Source of the DNA: Nitrosopumilus sp.
GTDB lineage: Archaea > Thermoproteota > Nitrososphaeria > Nitrososphaerales > Nitrosopumilaceae
Assembly (NCBI GenBank): GCA_963667665.2
Contig: OY763927.2
Coordinates: 1,440,001-1,504,000, forward strand
Length of the DNA: 64,000 bases
Direction of reading: 5' to 3'
The notes below the pieces were generated by a model that saw only the letters and a list, made by a program, of their open reading frames with translations, did no database searches and was not told the DNA's origin. A program made the position numbers and the translations under genes. Positions 1 to 9,801 of the stretch are shown here, piece after piece; positions within the stretch are counted from its first letter, which is position 1, and each line of letters starts with the position of its first letter.

Positions 1-29
1 ATGCGATCTTCAAGTTAATTAGAGAAAAA

Positions 30-1385
30 TCAGCTTCTTGAATACTTTAAACAATTTTTAACAAAAATTTGGGCATAGTTTGAGCTATCAAAATAGAGAT
101 GACCGTATGAAGCAAGTGTATTGTGTTGCATCATTCCATCTTGATGTTTTTTGATTCCCTCACCAATTTCCAAGTCATACGCAAATTTAGAATCAGAAGA
201 GACTGAATCTAACTGTGAATAATGAAATTCATGACCTTGAAAATAATGTGGTTTTTCTGAGATGAGAGTTTTTGCAGTAATCTTACCTTTGGTATAATTG
301 AGTCTCATTTTGTTTGTCATTTTTGTTTCAGCATCAAACAAACCAACCATTTTGTGTTTTTTGTTATGATAAACAATAGATTTTGTTAGATACATTAATC
401 CACCACATTCAGCATAAATCGGAAGGTTATCTTCAGATAATTTCTTTATAGTTTTTTTCATAGTTTGATTTTTTTCAAGTAAATTACCTAAAACTTCAGG
501 AAAGCCACCACCAATGTAAAGTCCATCACATTTTGGAATTTTCTTATCTTTAACTGGACTAAAAAATTTTAGAACTGCTCCTTCCCTACGTAATGCTTCT
601 AGATTATCTTGGTAATAGAAATTAAATGAAATATCAAGGGCAACTGCAATTATAATTTTTGTTTTTTTATGAACAGGTTTTGATTTTTTTGGAAGCTCAA
701 TTGGATTTTTTAAAATTTTAATAATTTGAGAAATATCTAATGATTTTGAAATTATTTTTGATATTTTTTCAATTTGGTTTTTCATATTTTTGTTATCTAA
801 TGTTGAAATTAATCCAAGATGTCGTGATTCCATATTCAGAATCGGATTTTTTGGAATTACACCAATAATTGGAATTTTGGTTTTCTCCAGTGCACTTCTA
901 CACAAAATTTCATGTTTTTTGCTACCAAGTTTGTTGAGAATGATTCCAGATATACGTGAATTTCTATGAAATTTTTGAAAACCTAGAGCAGTTGCAGCAA
1001 TAGAACGAGCAGTTTTGCTTGCATCTAAAACTAAGAGTACAGGAGATTTTGTTATAGAGGCTACATGATGAGTGCTTGCATAATTAGAGTCTCCACCAAA
1101 GCCGTCATAGTATCCCATCACACCTTCAATAATAGATACATCATATTTTGAATTAGAAATAAAACTATTCAAAAGTTGATTCTTTCCCATCAACCAAACA
1201 TCCAAGTTGTATGTTTCATGTTTTGAAATAGTAGATAGATATCTAGGATCGATATAATCAGGGCCTACCTTAAAAGGTTGAACTGAATAACCCTGTTTTT
1301 GTAAGGCATGAATAATAGCACATGTAATGAATGTTTTTCCAACTCCACTTGTAACACCTGATAATACAATTCTTGGAATTTTCAA
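30..1385 (-). CDS. cbiA: Cobyrinate a,c-diamide synthase (CbiA/CobB)
   Basis: N-terminal SGVGKT P-loop, FKVGPDYIDP, IEGVMG; C-terminal glutaminase with YAECGG and GHEFHYS. Confidence 0.95.
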   Translation of the reverse strand: MKIPRIVLSGVTSGVGKTFITCAIIHALQKQGYSVQPFKVGPDYIDPRYLSTISKHETYNLDVWLMGKNQLLNSFISNSKYDVSIIEGVMGYYDGFGGDSNYASTHHVASITKSPVLLVLDASKTARSIAATALGFQKFHRNSRISGIILNKLGSKKHEILCRSALEKTKIPIIGVIPKNPILNMESRHLGLISTLDNKNMKNQIEKISKIISKSLDISQIIKILKNPIELPKKSKPVHKKTKIIIAVALDISFNFYYQDNLEALRREGAVLKFFSPVKDKKIPKCDGLYIGGGFPEVLGNLLEKNQTMKKTIKKLSEDNLPIYAECGGLMYLTKSIVYHNKKHKMVGLFDAETKMTNKMRLNYTKGKITAKTLISEKPHYFQGHEFHYSQLDSVSSDSKFAYDLEIGEGIKKHQDGMMQHNTLASYGHLYFDSSNYAQIFVKNCLKYSRS

Positions 1386-1473
1386 TTTGCATGATTAGAA
1401 TCATTTTTTATTTAAATTGGTTTATTTTTGAGAAATACTCAATGTTTTTAGTGAGATTATTTGAATATAATCT

Positions 1474-2007
1474 ATGGAAACAGATGGTTTAGTCATTGTT
1501 TATACAGGAAAGGGTAAAGGAAAGACAACAGCAGCACTAGGAATTGCATTACGAGCTACAGGTTATAAAAAGAAGATTTGTATGATTCAGTTCATCAAGG
1601 GTTCATGGCACTATGGTGAAATGGATTCATCTAAAAGACTTGAACCAGAATTTGAAATGATTGCCATAGGTAAAGGGTTTGTTGGAATTATAGATGATAA
1701 AAGTTCAAAAGAAGATCATAAAAAAATTGCCAAAGAGGCAATTAGGATTAGTAATGAAAAAATCCAATCAGGAAACTATGATATTGTTATTTTAGATGAG
1801 ATTAACTATGCAGTAAATCTTGAATTAATTACAGTTGATGATGTTCTAAATTTAATCAAATCAAAGCCACAAGGAGTTGATTTAGTATTAACAGGGAATT
1901 ATGCTAAAGATGAAGTTATTGAAGTAGCAGATTTAGTAACAGAGATGAGAGAGATAAAACATCCATTTCAGCGTGGTATTAAAGCTAAAAAGGGAATTGA
2001 TTTCTGA
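1474..2007 (+). CDS. cobO: Cob(I)alamin adenosyltransferase (CobO/BtuR)
   Basis: YTGKGKGKTTAA, QFIKG, ILDEI, KHPFQRG..AKKGIDF. Confidence 0.95.
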   Translation: METDGLVIVYTGKGKGKTTAALGIALRATGYKKKICMIQFIKGSWHYGEMDSSKRLEPEFEMIAIGKGFVGIIDDKSSKEDHKKIAKEAIRISNEKIQSGNYDIVILDEINYAVNLELITVDDVLNLIKSKPQGVDLVLTGNYAKDEVIEVADLVTEMREIKHPFQRGIKAKKGIDF

Positions 2008-2047
2008 CCAGCAACATTAATTTACACACTTGGGAGTTTTAGAAGAA

Positions 2048-2845
2048 ATGTCTACTGAAATTCAAGAGATGCCTGAACAAGGTGAAATTGTTCTTGCTTC
2101 TGTTACCAAAGTAATGGATCATGGGGCTTATGTGACATTAGATGAATATGATGATATTCAAGGATTTTTACACATTTCAGAGATTGCTCCAGGTTGGATT
2201 AGATCAATAAGTAGATTTGTCAGAGATGGTGAGAAAAAAGTTCTACTCGTAAAGAAAGTAAATGTAAAACGAGGAGATATTGATTTATCATTAAAACAAA
2301 TATCAAAAGATCAGAAAAAACAAAAACTAAAGGAAGTTAAAAAATTCGAAAAAGGTAAAACACTTTTACAAAATGTACAAGATAAAGGAAAATTATCAGA
2401 TGAAGAAATTGAAAAATTAGAAGATAGTATTTTTTCAAAATTTGATTCAGTTTATGATGCATTTATAGAGATTGGACGAAATGGAATTGAGTCTGTAAAG
2501 GAACTCAAACTTGCAAAAAAAACAGCAACCATAATTGAAGAAATTTGCTCAAAAATAAAACTCCCATCAGTTGAAATTAGAGGAATTATGGAAATTACAA
2601 ATGAAAAAACAGATGGAGTAGAAATTATTAAAAAAATATTATTAGATGAACAAAAAAAAGATTCTACTATAGATATTACATATTTAGGAGCACCAAAATA
2701 TAGACTATCAATAACTTCTGATAATTTTAAATCTGCTGAGAAATCACTAAAACCAATCATTGCTGAAATTCAATCTAACATAGAAAAGAAAAAAGGCTCA
2801 TTCAAATTTACTAGGGAAGAATCAAAGAAAACAAGAGAAAACTAA
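2048..2845 (+). CDS. eif2a: Translation initiation factor aIF2 alpha subunit
   Basis: S1 domain (PEQGEIV..GAYVTLDEY..LHISEIAPGW), YLGAPKYR; precedes nop10 as usual in archaea; ATG at 2048 preferred over TTG at 2030. Confidence 0.95.
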   Translation: MSTEIQEMPEQGEIVLASVTKVMDHGAYVTLDEYDDIQGFLHISEIAPGWIRSISRFVRDGEKKVLLVKKVNVKRGDIDLSLKQISKDQKKQKLKEVKKFEKGKTLLQNVQDKGKLSDEEIEKLEDSIFSKFDSVYDAFIEIGRNGIESVKELKLAKKTATIIEEICSKIKLPSVEIRGIMEITNEKTDGVEIIKKILLDEQKKDSTIDITYLGAPKYRLSITSDNFKSAEKSLKPIIAEIQSNIEKKKGSFKFTREESKKTREN

Positions 2846-2846
2846 G

Positions 2847-3002
2847 ATGAAATTCCAATTAAGAAAATGTTCAAAGTGTAATCATTATACATTAAAAGAA
2901 AAATGTCCAAAATGTAATGAGGAAACAATTTCAGTTCATCCAGCAAAATTTTCGCCTGATGACAAATATATGAGATATAGATTAGCTGAAAGATATTCTT
3001 AG
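2847..3002 (+). CDS. nop10: H/ACA RNP protein Nop10 (51 aa, absent from ORF track)
   Basis: Manual translation MKFQLRKCSKCNHYTLKEKCPKCNEETISVHPAKFSPDDKYMRYRLAERYS; HPAKFSPDDKY signature; follows aIF2 alpha. Confidence 0.95.
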   Translation: MKFQLRKCSKCNHYTLKEKCPKCNEETISVHPAKFSPDDKYMRYRLAERYS

Positions 3003-3006
3003 AAGA

Positions 3007-5145
3007 TTAAGACACAGGTTCATACTCTTTATTTATTTCATAAATAAAAACTCCAAGCATTGGTCCATTTTTTTCTTCAATAAAACTTTGAGATGCATAT
3101 ACTAATCTTAATGGTCCATCACTATCAGAAGGATATTTGATATCTTTACCATAGATTCCTATTGTTCCAGGCACATAAGTTGGATATTGTTCTGAAAAAT
3201 TATTAGGATTAACATACCCTAATGGAGAAAAAGGAAACATTTTACCAAGTAAAGTTTCATTAGTAAAATAATCAGTACCATCTGAACCATTTGAATGTAA
3301 GAATTTTGATTCATCGTATCCTGCTATTCTTATAAACCATTGTTTCTTAGATTCATCACCACCTCCACGTAACACATAGAAAGAATCAGGTGAATCAATA
3401 TTCAATTTTTCACCGGCAACAAAAACAAGAATATAATCTGCCTGCATTTCTTGCAATAAATGCCATGCCTCATCAGGATTACTGAGTAACATTCTTGCAA
3501 TATTTTCAATTATAATAGTACTAACAGTTGAATTATCAGCTAATGTAGCTCTTTCTCCCATGGTTTGAATCCAATAACCATAATCCCACCAAGCTGCAAC
3601 TACAGCATCTTTTGGAGTGTTATTTTTTATCCACTCCATTGAATCAAGCCAGTCAGTAGTACTAATTGTAAATGCACTTCCACCATTTAGAATAGTAGGT
3701 GGAGCCTTTGATACAGTAAATAGATCTGCACCAACAGGATAAATCATAGGGATTATCAAAAGAATAATTATTCCTGCAACAAATGGTAGTTTGATCAATT
3801 TTCCAATTGGTTTCTTATTGTTAGGTTTATTTTTGAAAAATTCTTTAATTAAGGCAGTTAAACCCAATGATGCTAAAATAATTACTGCAATGGATGCAAA
3901 CACTTCTAATCTAACAAAAGTTGAACTTACATATACGCCAACAAGTCCCAAAATTAATGAAAAAGATAACATATCATTTTTAATAAAACTAGAATTTTTA
4001 TTTTGAAGATTTTTAATAATTAACCATATTCCTATACCTGAAAAAATCATCAAAACTGAATGGAACATAAACGATTGTGGAAGTGTTGTTGTTGCATGTT
4101 CTGCTACAGAATCTACTAATGGATCAGTTGTAGTCAAAAAAGGATTCAATGCATTAAGATATCTATGGCTAGGTAATGGTAAAAATTGAGAATCAGAATT
4201 AATTATCATTATACTTGAAGCAATAATTAAAAGTGCAACCAAAAATAATAAACTATTTCTTGTTTTATTTTTTGAACTTTTATTTTGAATAAAAATACAT
4301 GATACTAAAAATAGAGTAGAAACTATTAATGAAATTCCCCCTATCCCAAAAATAAAATTAGAACTTACTCGTTCAAATCCTAAAGAAACCAAAACAGTAA
4401 AAATTGTATAAAGAGGAATAGCCCATATAATGAATTTATGATCAGTTCTCAAAAATGGTAATGTAAGAAAGAAAAGTCCTATTGGAATAATAAAGAATTG
4501 ATTACCTCCCCAAGCTGAGATGGAAAATGCAGTAAAAATTCCAGCTCCTATTAGTTTTGCAAATGCTACTTTTTTATTTTGAGAATTTATCCCACTTAAT
4601 AGTAAATATGTTGTCAAAAGGCCGAAAAATAATCCTAAAGGTTCTGATTTGAACCACCCAATTGGACCTCGAATTAATATCGGTAATGAAACAGAAAACA
4701 ACATAGCAGAAAACAAGCCGGCAGTGGTACCACCTATGACTCTAACTAAGGCAAAAATAACAATTGCAGATAAAGAACCAAAGACCACGGGAAAGAGTAT
4801 AGTAAAATCATAAAGATCTGATCCTCCGCCGAAAATCCAATAAGTCGTAGCAGCCGTTAGATGAAGCATTACTTGAGAGTTTGAAGATACATCTCTACCA
4901 TTTGGATACCAACTTAAAGCATCATTCCACTCAAAATATGCACCAATTCCATTATCTACAATATATTGAGTAGCTCTATAATTAAAAAATGGATCAAACT
5001 CGTTTAATTCAAAACCAAAATCAGCGGGTTGTGAACGAAGTAAAAAAGAAACAGCAAATGATAAAGCAAGAATACCAATTATTAGAAGATGATTTAATTT
5101 TAAATCAAAATTACCTATAGAAACAAGTTTTGTATTTGTTAACAA
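3007..5145 (-). CDS. aglB: Oligosaccharyltransferase AglB/STT3
   Basis: EFDPFFNYR, many TM helices, SVAEH, WWDYG motif. Confidence 0.95.
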   Translation of the reverse strand: MLTNTKLVSIGNFDLKLNHLLIIGILALSFAVSFLLRSQPADFGFELNEFDPFFNYRATQYIVDNGIGAYFEWNDALSWYPNGRDVSSNSQVMLHLTAATTYWIFGGGSDLYDFTILFPVVFGSLSAIVIFALVRVIGGTTAGLFSAMLFSVSLPILIRGPIGWFKSEPLGLFFGLLTTYLLLSGINSQNKKVAFAKLIGAGIFTAFSISAWGGNQFFIIPIGLFFLTLPFLRTDHKFIIWAIPLYTIFTVLVSLGFERVSSNFIFGIGGISLIVSTLFLVSCIFIQNKSSKNKTRNSLLFLVALLIIASSIMIINSDSQFLPLPSHRYLNALNPFLTTTDPLVDSVAEHATTTLPQSFMFHSVLMIFSGIGIWLIIKNLQNKNSSFIKNDMLSFSLILGLVGVYVSSTFVRLEVFASIAVIILASLGLTALIKEFFKNKPNNKKPIGKLIKLPFVAGIIILLIIPMIYPVGADLFTVSKAPPTILNGGSAFTISTTDWLDSMEWIKNNTPKDAVVAAWWDYGYWIQTMGERATLADNSTVSTIIIENIARMLLSNPDEAWHLLQEMQADYILVFVAGEKLNIDSPDSFYVLRGGGDESKKQWFIRIAGYDESKFLHSNGSDGTDYFTNETLLGKMFPFSPLGYVNPNNFSEQYPTYVPGTIGIYGKDIKYPSDSDGPLRLVYASQSFIEEKNGPMLGVFIYEINKEYEPVS

Positions 5146-5208
5146 TTGTTTTTTCTCGAAAAACTTTACTTATTACTCTTTATATAAAAAATCAAAAATA
5201 GTTAGAAT

Positions 5209-5664
5209 TTACGGAGAATATCTTCCTTCAAGTCTAGTTTCTGCAATAATATGATTATTCATAGCTTCTTCTATTTGTTTTTTAGTTGAGTCTTTGTCAG
5301 CATTAAATTTTTGATCTAATGCATATAGTTTGAAGATGTATGTATGCTCTTGATCAGGAGGGGCTGGTCCACCATAACCAATTTCTCCAAAATCAGTTTT
5401 ACCTTCAAAACAATCTGATGGAATAGAATTTTCTTTGAATTCCATAGTACTTGGATCAATATTCCATAAAACCCAGTGGACCCAAACTTTTCCAACAGCA
5501 GCCATAGCATCAGGATCATCCATTATAAGAGCTAAAGACAATGTATTGTCAGGAATTCCACTAATCTTTAGAGGAGGACTTTGGTTTCCATTTTTATAAC
5601 CATATTTTCTAGGAATCACTCCTCCATTGTCAAATGCTTCACTTTCTAAAGAAAAATTTTCCAT
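5209..5664 (-). CDS. YbhB/YbcL family (PEBP-like) protein
   Basis: DPDA..WVHW, GYGGPAPP..HTYIFKLYALD; ATG at 5664 preferred. Confidence 0.9.
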   Translation of the reverse strand: MENFSLESEAFDNGGVIPRKYGYKNGNQSPPLKISGIPDNTLSLALIMDDPDAMAAVGKVWVHWVLWNIDPSTMEFKENSIPSDCFEGKTDFGEIGYGGPAPPDQEHTYIFKLYALDQKFNADKDSTKKQIEEAMNNHIIAETRLEGRYSP

Positions 5665-5665
5665 A

Positions 5666-6067
5666 TCAGAATTTAGTACTATCAAAGTTAAATTTTGTGC
5701 TAGATTCTAAAACTATTCTATCATTTGAAAGAGACATTATAGAGCTTCCAAGATTCTTTATCTGTCTTTTTAATTCTTTATCCATTGTAGCAACAATAGC
5801 TTTATTTTTTGAAACATAATCAAGTAACTCTTTATCAGCAAATGTGCCAAGAATGGGAATTATTTTGAAATTTTTTATGTAATTAAGAGTTGATTGAATA
5901 TTTTGAGTTTTTCTTGGGATTTTTAATAATTCAGATAACTCATTTTTTACAACTTGAGGAACAACAAAAGTGATTTGACCAATTTCTACATCCAGATTAT
6001 CAATATTTTTGATTCTTCTAGTTGCTAGATGAATTAGAAAATTTGTGTCACAGATTACTTCAACCAA
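5666..6067 (-). CDS. PIN-domain protein (Fcf1/Utp24-like)
   Basis: ICDTNFL, V..EL, AD..L, VATMDKELK; conserved position after aIF2 gamma. Confidence 0.85.
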   Translation of the reverse strand: MVEVICDTNFLIHLATRRIKNIDNLDVEIGQITFVVPQVVKNELSELLKIPRKTQNIQSTLNYIKNFKIIPILGTFADKELLDYVSKNKAIVATMDKELKRQIKNLGSSIMSLSNDRIVLESSTKFNFDSTKF

Positions 6068-7322
6068 CTATTCCTGCACCAATTAGTCTCCATCTTTCAG
6101 CAATTCTTCTACTAATTGCTACATTTCCACCTTCAAAGATACATGCAGGTCTTCTAAGTTCAATCTCAATGGTTTTTGATTTTATTTTGTTAACTTTACC
6201 TAATACAGGAGCAGTTCCAATGTTTAGTCGAAGTAGTTCACCTGATTGAATTGGTTGGACTTTAACATCTTCTGTGATCCCCACTGCAGAATCAAACAGA
6301 TTCACTTCTAGTTTTAACTGAGCAGAATTTTCAGGAAGAGTATCAGGTTTTCCAATTACTGAACCAATAAATGAATCACTTCTAGTCATAGAAGGATCTA
6401 ATTTTGTTCCAATAGCAACCAAGCCACCTGGCTTTACTGATTCAACAATTCCTGCAGCAGTTCCTAAAGAAGTAATTTCTGTCACTAAAGGTTCATAGGA
6501 TTTTTTTTTCTCATTCATAATACCAGGTTTAATTTCAATTTCATCACCAACATTGAAAACTCCTTGAGTTAGACTTCCTCCAATGACACCTCCTTTGATA
6601 TTTTTTATTTTTGTACCAGGTTTGTTTACATCAAAAGAACGCAAAACATGCATTACTGTATCTTTTTTTTCATTTCTTTCTGGAGTTTTGATTGTTGATT
6701 CTATAGAGCCAATTAATGCATCAATGTTTAATCCAGATTGTGCAGAAATAGGAATTATAGGTGATTTTGCAGCATGAGTTCCTTTGACAAATTTTGTAAT
6801 TTCTTGATAGTTTGCTAAGACTTCTTTGTAAGAAAGTAAATCAACTTTGTTTTGGACTACAACTATCTGTTGAATTCCAAGAGTTTGAAGGGCTAAAAGA
6901 TGTTCTTTTGTTTGTGGTTTAGGGACTTTCTCATTTGCAGCAACTAGTAATAATGCACCATCCATCAATGCAGAGCCTGAAAGCATGTTTGCCATCAAAC
7001 TTTCGTGTCCAGGACTATCTACAAAACTAACAACTCGAGATAATTCACTTTCCTTTCCACAATTGTCACATTTTGGAGTTGTGGAATATCCTAAAGGATC
7101 CTCACAACTTTTGCATTTGTAGAATGCAGCATCTGAATATCCCACACGAATAGTAATTCCACGTTTTAGTTCCTGACTGTGTACACTAGTCCATGAACCA
7201 GTTAATGCTTGAATTAGAGTAGTTTTTCCATGATCTACATGACCAGCAGTTCCAATGTTAACACATGGTTGATATCCATATTTTTTGATATACCAATCAG
7301 GAAGTGTCTCTCTCCAATGCAT
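6060..7322 (-). CDS. eif2g: Translation initiation factor aIF2 gamma subunit
   Basis: GHVDHGKTT, RGITIR, Zn knuckle, DSPGHE, QNKVD, RWRLIGAG. Confidence 0.97.
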   Translation of the reverse strand: MHWRETLPDWYIKKYGYQPCVNIGTAGHVDHGKTTLIQALTGSWTSVHSQELKRGITIRVGYSDAAFYKCKSCEDPLGYSTTPKCDNCGKESELSRVVSFVDSPGHESLMANMLSGSALMDGALLLVAANEKVPKPQTKEHLLALQTLGIQQIVVVQNKVDLLSYKEVLANYQEITKFVKGTHAAKSPIIPISAQSGLNIDALIGSIESTIKTPERNEKKDTVMHVLRSFDVNKPGTKIKNIKGGVIGGSLTQGVFNVGDEIEIKPGIMNEKKKSYEPLVTEITSLGTAAGIVESVKPGGLVAIGTKLDPSMTRSDSFIGSVIGKPDTLPENSAQLKLEVNLFDSAVGITEDVKVQPIQSGELLRLNIGTAPVLGKVNKIKSKTIEIELRRPACIFEGGNVAISRRIAERWRLIGAGIVG

Positions 7323-7353
7323 GAGTCAAAATGTAGAATCGGTATATGTTAAG

Positions 7354-7764
7354 TTATTCTTTTTTATCTTCAGTTTTTTCTTCTGTAGACTCTGCTGCAT
7401 CTTCAGCAGGTGCTTCAACTGGTAATTCTCCATCATATTTACAATTTATTTGATAGATTTCTTCTGATACTGTATTTCCACGCATTAATTTTCTTACTCT
7501 TTGCCCAATCTCTGCAGCTTGCAAACCAACTCCTTTAGAAAGCAAAATATATTTTCTTGCTGCACCGTGAATATCATTTCTCATAGGAACACCAGATTTG
7601 TCACTTCCTCCAGTGAGTTTCAATTTTCCATTTAATCCTACAATTGCAGCATCAGTTTCATTTCCTAGTTGCAAACCTAGTAAAGGATTTGCATCACTGT
7701 CTTTGAGTTCCTTTGATACAGACTTTCCCTTGATATCTGAAATTGTTAGTTTGAAGTTTGCCAA
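7354..7764 (-). CDS. rps6e: 30S ribosomal protein S6e
   Basis: LTGGSDKSGVPMR, RKLMRGN; S6e-aIF2g-PIN gene order. Confidence 0.95.
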   Translation of the reverse strand: MANFKLTISDIKGKSVSKELKDSDANPLLGLQLGNETDAAIVGLNGKLKLTGGSDKSGVPMRNDIHGAARKYILLSKGVGLQAAEIGQRVRKLMRGNTVSEEIYQINCKYDGELPVEAPAEDAAESTEEKTEDKKE

Positions 7765-7838
7765 GTATTCCGAAAAAAAGTTGAACGACTAATTAACCTT
7801 TGGACATTATTTTTAAATCAAGACTCGCAAAGATAGGC

Positions 7839-7961
7839 ATGGGAGAAGACATTAGATGTCCAAAGTGTGATAACAAGATGGTAAATATGCAAGCATGTCA
7901 TTTGTTTTGTCCCAACTGTGGGGCCCATTTAGATTGCTCAGATAAAGGAAATTATTGGTAA
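7839..7961 (+). CDS. CPxCG-type zinc-finger microprotein (40 aa)
   Basis: Manual translation MGEDIRCPKCDNKMVNMQACHLFCPNCGAHLDCSDKGNYW; TTTTTAAA TATA-like box upstream. Confidence 0.75.
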   Translation: MGEDIRCPKCDNKMVNMQACHLFCPNCGAHLDCSDKGNYW

Positions 7962-8135
7962 CTACAATCCAGATCTATCTGGAATATAGTCAGATGCCAT
8001 ATTGATTGCATTATCTTTCATAATTTCAAGATAGGTATCATAGTCTGCTTCAAAGTTACAGTGAGGACATTTAACTTTCGTAATTTCATCATCTAGAATT
8101 GCAACTTTTTCACATTCTGGGCATCTTGCATCCAT
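7962..8135 (-). CDS. Zinc-ribbon microprotein (57 aa)
   Basis: Manual translation MDARCPECEKVAILDDEITKVKCPHCNFEADYDTYLEIMKDNAINMASDYIPDRSGL; two CPxC knuckles. Confidence 0.8.
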   Translation of the reverse strand: MDARCPECEKVAILDDEITKVKCPHCNFEADYDTYLEIMKDNAINMASDYIPDRSGL

Positions 8136-8187
8136 GTCATAGTTGCTTAATCAAGATATTTAATCATAATTATCATAAATGTCCTGA

Positions 8188-8261
8188 GCGGAGTTAGTTT
8201 AGTCTGGTATGACGTCAGCTTCCCAAGCTGAAGGCCGCGGGTTCAAATCCCGCACTCCGCA
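8188..8261 (+). tRNA. tRNA-Gly(CCC), no intron, CCA not encoded
   Basis: Acceptor GCGGAGT/ACTCCGC, anticodon arm TCAGC-TTCCCAA-GCTGA, T-arm GCGGG-TTCAAAT-CCCGC. Confidence 0.97.
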
Positions 8262-9224
8262 TTATAGTTCTCTAATTGCTTGTTCAATTATTCCTCTATC
8301 AGAAGCTTGTGGAAAATATTTCAAATAACTTTTGAGATCCTCTTTTGCATCAGAATTTTTGTTTTGTTTTTCTCTGAGATATGCACGGTTTTTGTAAATT
8401 TTGGCAGATCTTTTTGGATTGATTTCAATAGCTTTAGTATAATAATTCTCTGCCTTTTCAAATTGATTTGTTTTTAGATAAAAATTTCCCAAACCATTGT
8501 AAGCCAGATATGATCTACTATTGATTTCTAAGCATTTTTCATAAAACTTTACACATTCAGGAGATTTTTGTTCATTCATCATTGCACCCAATTGATGTAA
8601 AACTGTTGAGTTATTTGGATCAAGTTCTATGGCTTGCTTTAATGATTCAAGTGCTTCAGGATAATTCTTTAAAATATTTAATTTTTCAGAGGTAAAACAC
8701 AATCGATTTGGTTTGTTAGTAGAATCATTTTCAAGTTTTACAGAAGACAAGATTTCTGAGGGAGCCAATATTATCAACAACCTTCCTTCTTCTGACCATT
8801 CCTTCTCAAAGATATCTTGTGGTATGGCTCCTTCTTGTTGTTCTCCTTCTTGATTACCTTTCTGAATATAATGAAGTATTGTTTTTTCATCATCATTATA
8901 ACCAGTAATAACAGATGCATGTTGTGTAATTTCTGGAATTCCTGGAAGAATGACAATGGGTGGTATTCCAGAATCAATAATTTTTTTTAGCTCAGATAAA
9001 GATGAATGAACCATTTTACATGTTAGACCATGTCTTTCGGCAGACTCTATTCCTTCAATTAGAATACTGCCATTAAATCCTGAGTATTTTTTTGCAGTTT
9101 CTATGGCTTCAGCCATAGGTAATTCAATATTCCAATATTTTGATACCACGTTAATGGGCAATGGAAGACAAATATTTTCTTCATCAACAAGAGGCAATAA
9201 TAATTCATGACTTTCTTGTTCCAT
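8262..9224 (-). CDS. Peptidase C39-like domain plus TPR repeats
   Basis: NICLP (Cys) and QHASVITGY (His) in N-terminal half; C-terminal TPRs (AYNGLGNFY..YYTKAIEINP). Confidence 0.75.
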   Translation of the reverse strand: MEQESHELLLPLVDEENICLPLPINVVSKYWNIELPMAEAIETAKKYSGFNGSILIEGIESAERHGLTCKMVHSSLSELKKIIDSGIPPIVILPGIPEITQHASVITGYNDDEKTILHYIQKGNQEGEQQEGAIPQDIFEKEWSEEGRLLIILAPSEILSSVKLENDSTNKPNRLCFTSEKLNILKNYPEALESLKQAIELDPNNSTVLHQLGAMMNEQKSPECVKFYEKCLEINSRSYLAYNGLGNFYLKTNQFEKAENYYTKAIEINPKRSAKIYKNRAYLREKQNKNSDAKEDLKSYLKYFPQASDRGIIEQAIREL

Positions 9225-9258
9225 GAACTGAGGAAATTTTGAGAGTTATTAAAATCAA

Positions 9259-9801
9259 TCAGAGAGAACAGAATTTTTCAATCAAATCATGACCATCCTG
9301 AGTCATTTCTGGATGAAATTGAGTTCCAAAAATTTGCTTTTTTTCATATTGGATTATTTCATATTTACAATTCTTTGAGTCTGCAAGTGGAACTAACACA
9401 TTAGGTAATTTAGATATCTCAAATCTATGACTCTCAAAGACATCTAAAGAGTCATTTGAGATTGAATTTTTTTTGGAAATTTTGATTATTTCATTTCCTT
9501 TTTGAAGAGATGAAATCTTTCTGATTGTTCCTCCCAAAGTAAGAGCTAGAATTTCTGCCCCATAACAAATTCCAAGTAGTTTAATGTTGTTTTTAATTGA
9601 AAAAGTAATAATTTTAGAATTGATTTCATTAGTTTTTTTTTCATTTTTCCTTCTTCCAGATAGAATTACTGAATCATAATTTCCAAGTGAGTTTAGATCT
9701 AAAAATTGAGGAGTTTGTTTTTCAAAAAAAATATTTTTTTCATTTAGAAAATCAGTTAAATTTTTTGTATAGATAGAACCATTATCCACAACTAGGAGCA
9801 A
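9259..9801 (-). CDS. Class I glutamine amidotransferase (GMP synthase subunit A-like)
   Basis: VVDNGS, LGICYG, QFHPE triad. Confidence 0.88.
   Translation of the reverse strand: MLLVVDNGSIYTKNLTDFLNEKNIFFEKQTPQFLDLNSLGNYDSVILSGRRKNEKKTNEINSKIITFSIKNNIKLLGICYGAEILALTLGGTIRKISSLQKGNEIIKISKKNSISNDSLDVFESHRFEISKLPNVLVPLADSKNCKYEIIQYEKKQIFGTQFHPEMTQDGHDLIEKFCSL

Noticed and set aside
8188-8261. tRNA-Gly as the integration site of the element
   Set aside because: No duplicate of its 3' end was seen and it is flanked by ordinary genes; the 12-bp repeat at 48892/60098 explains the element
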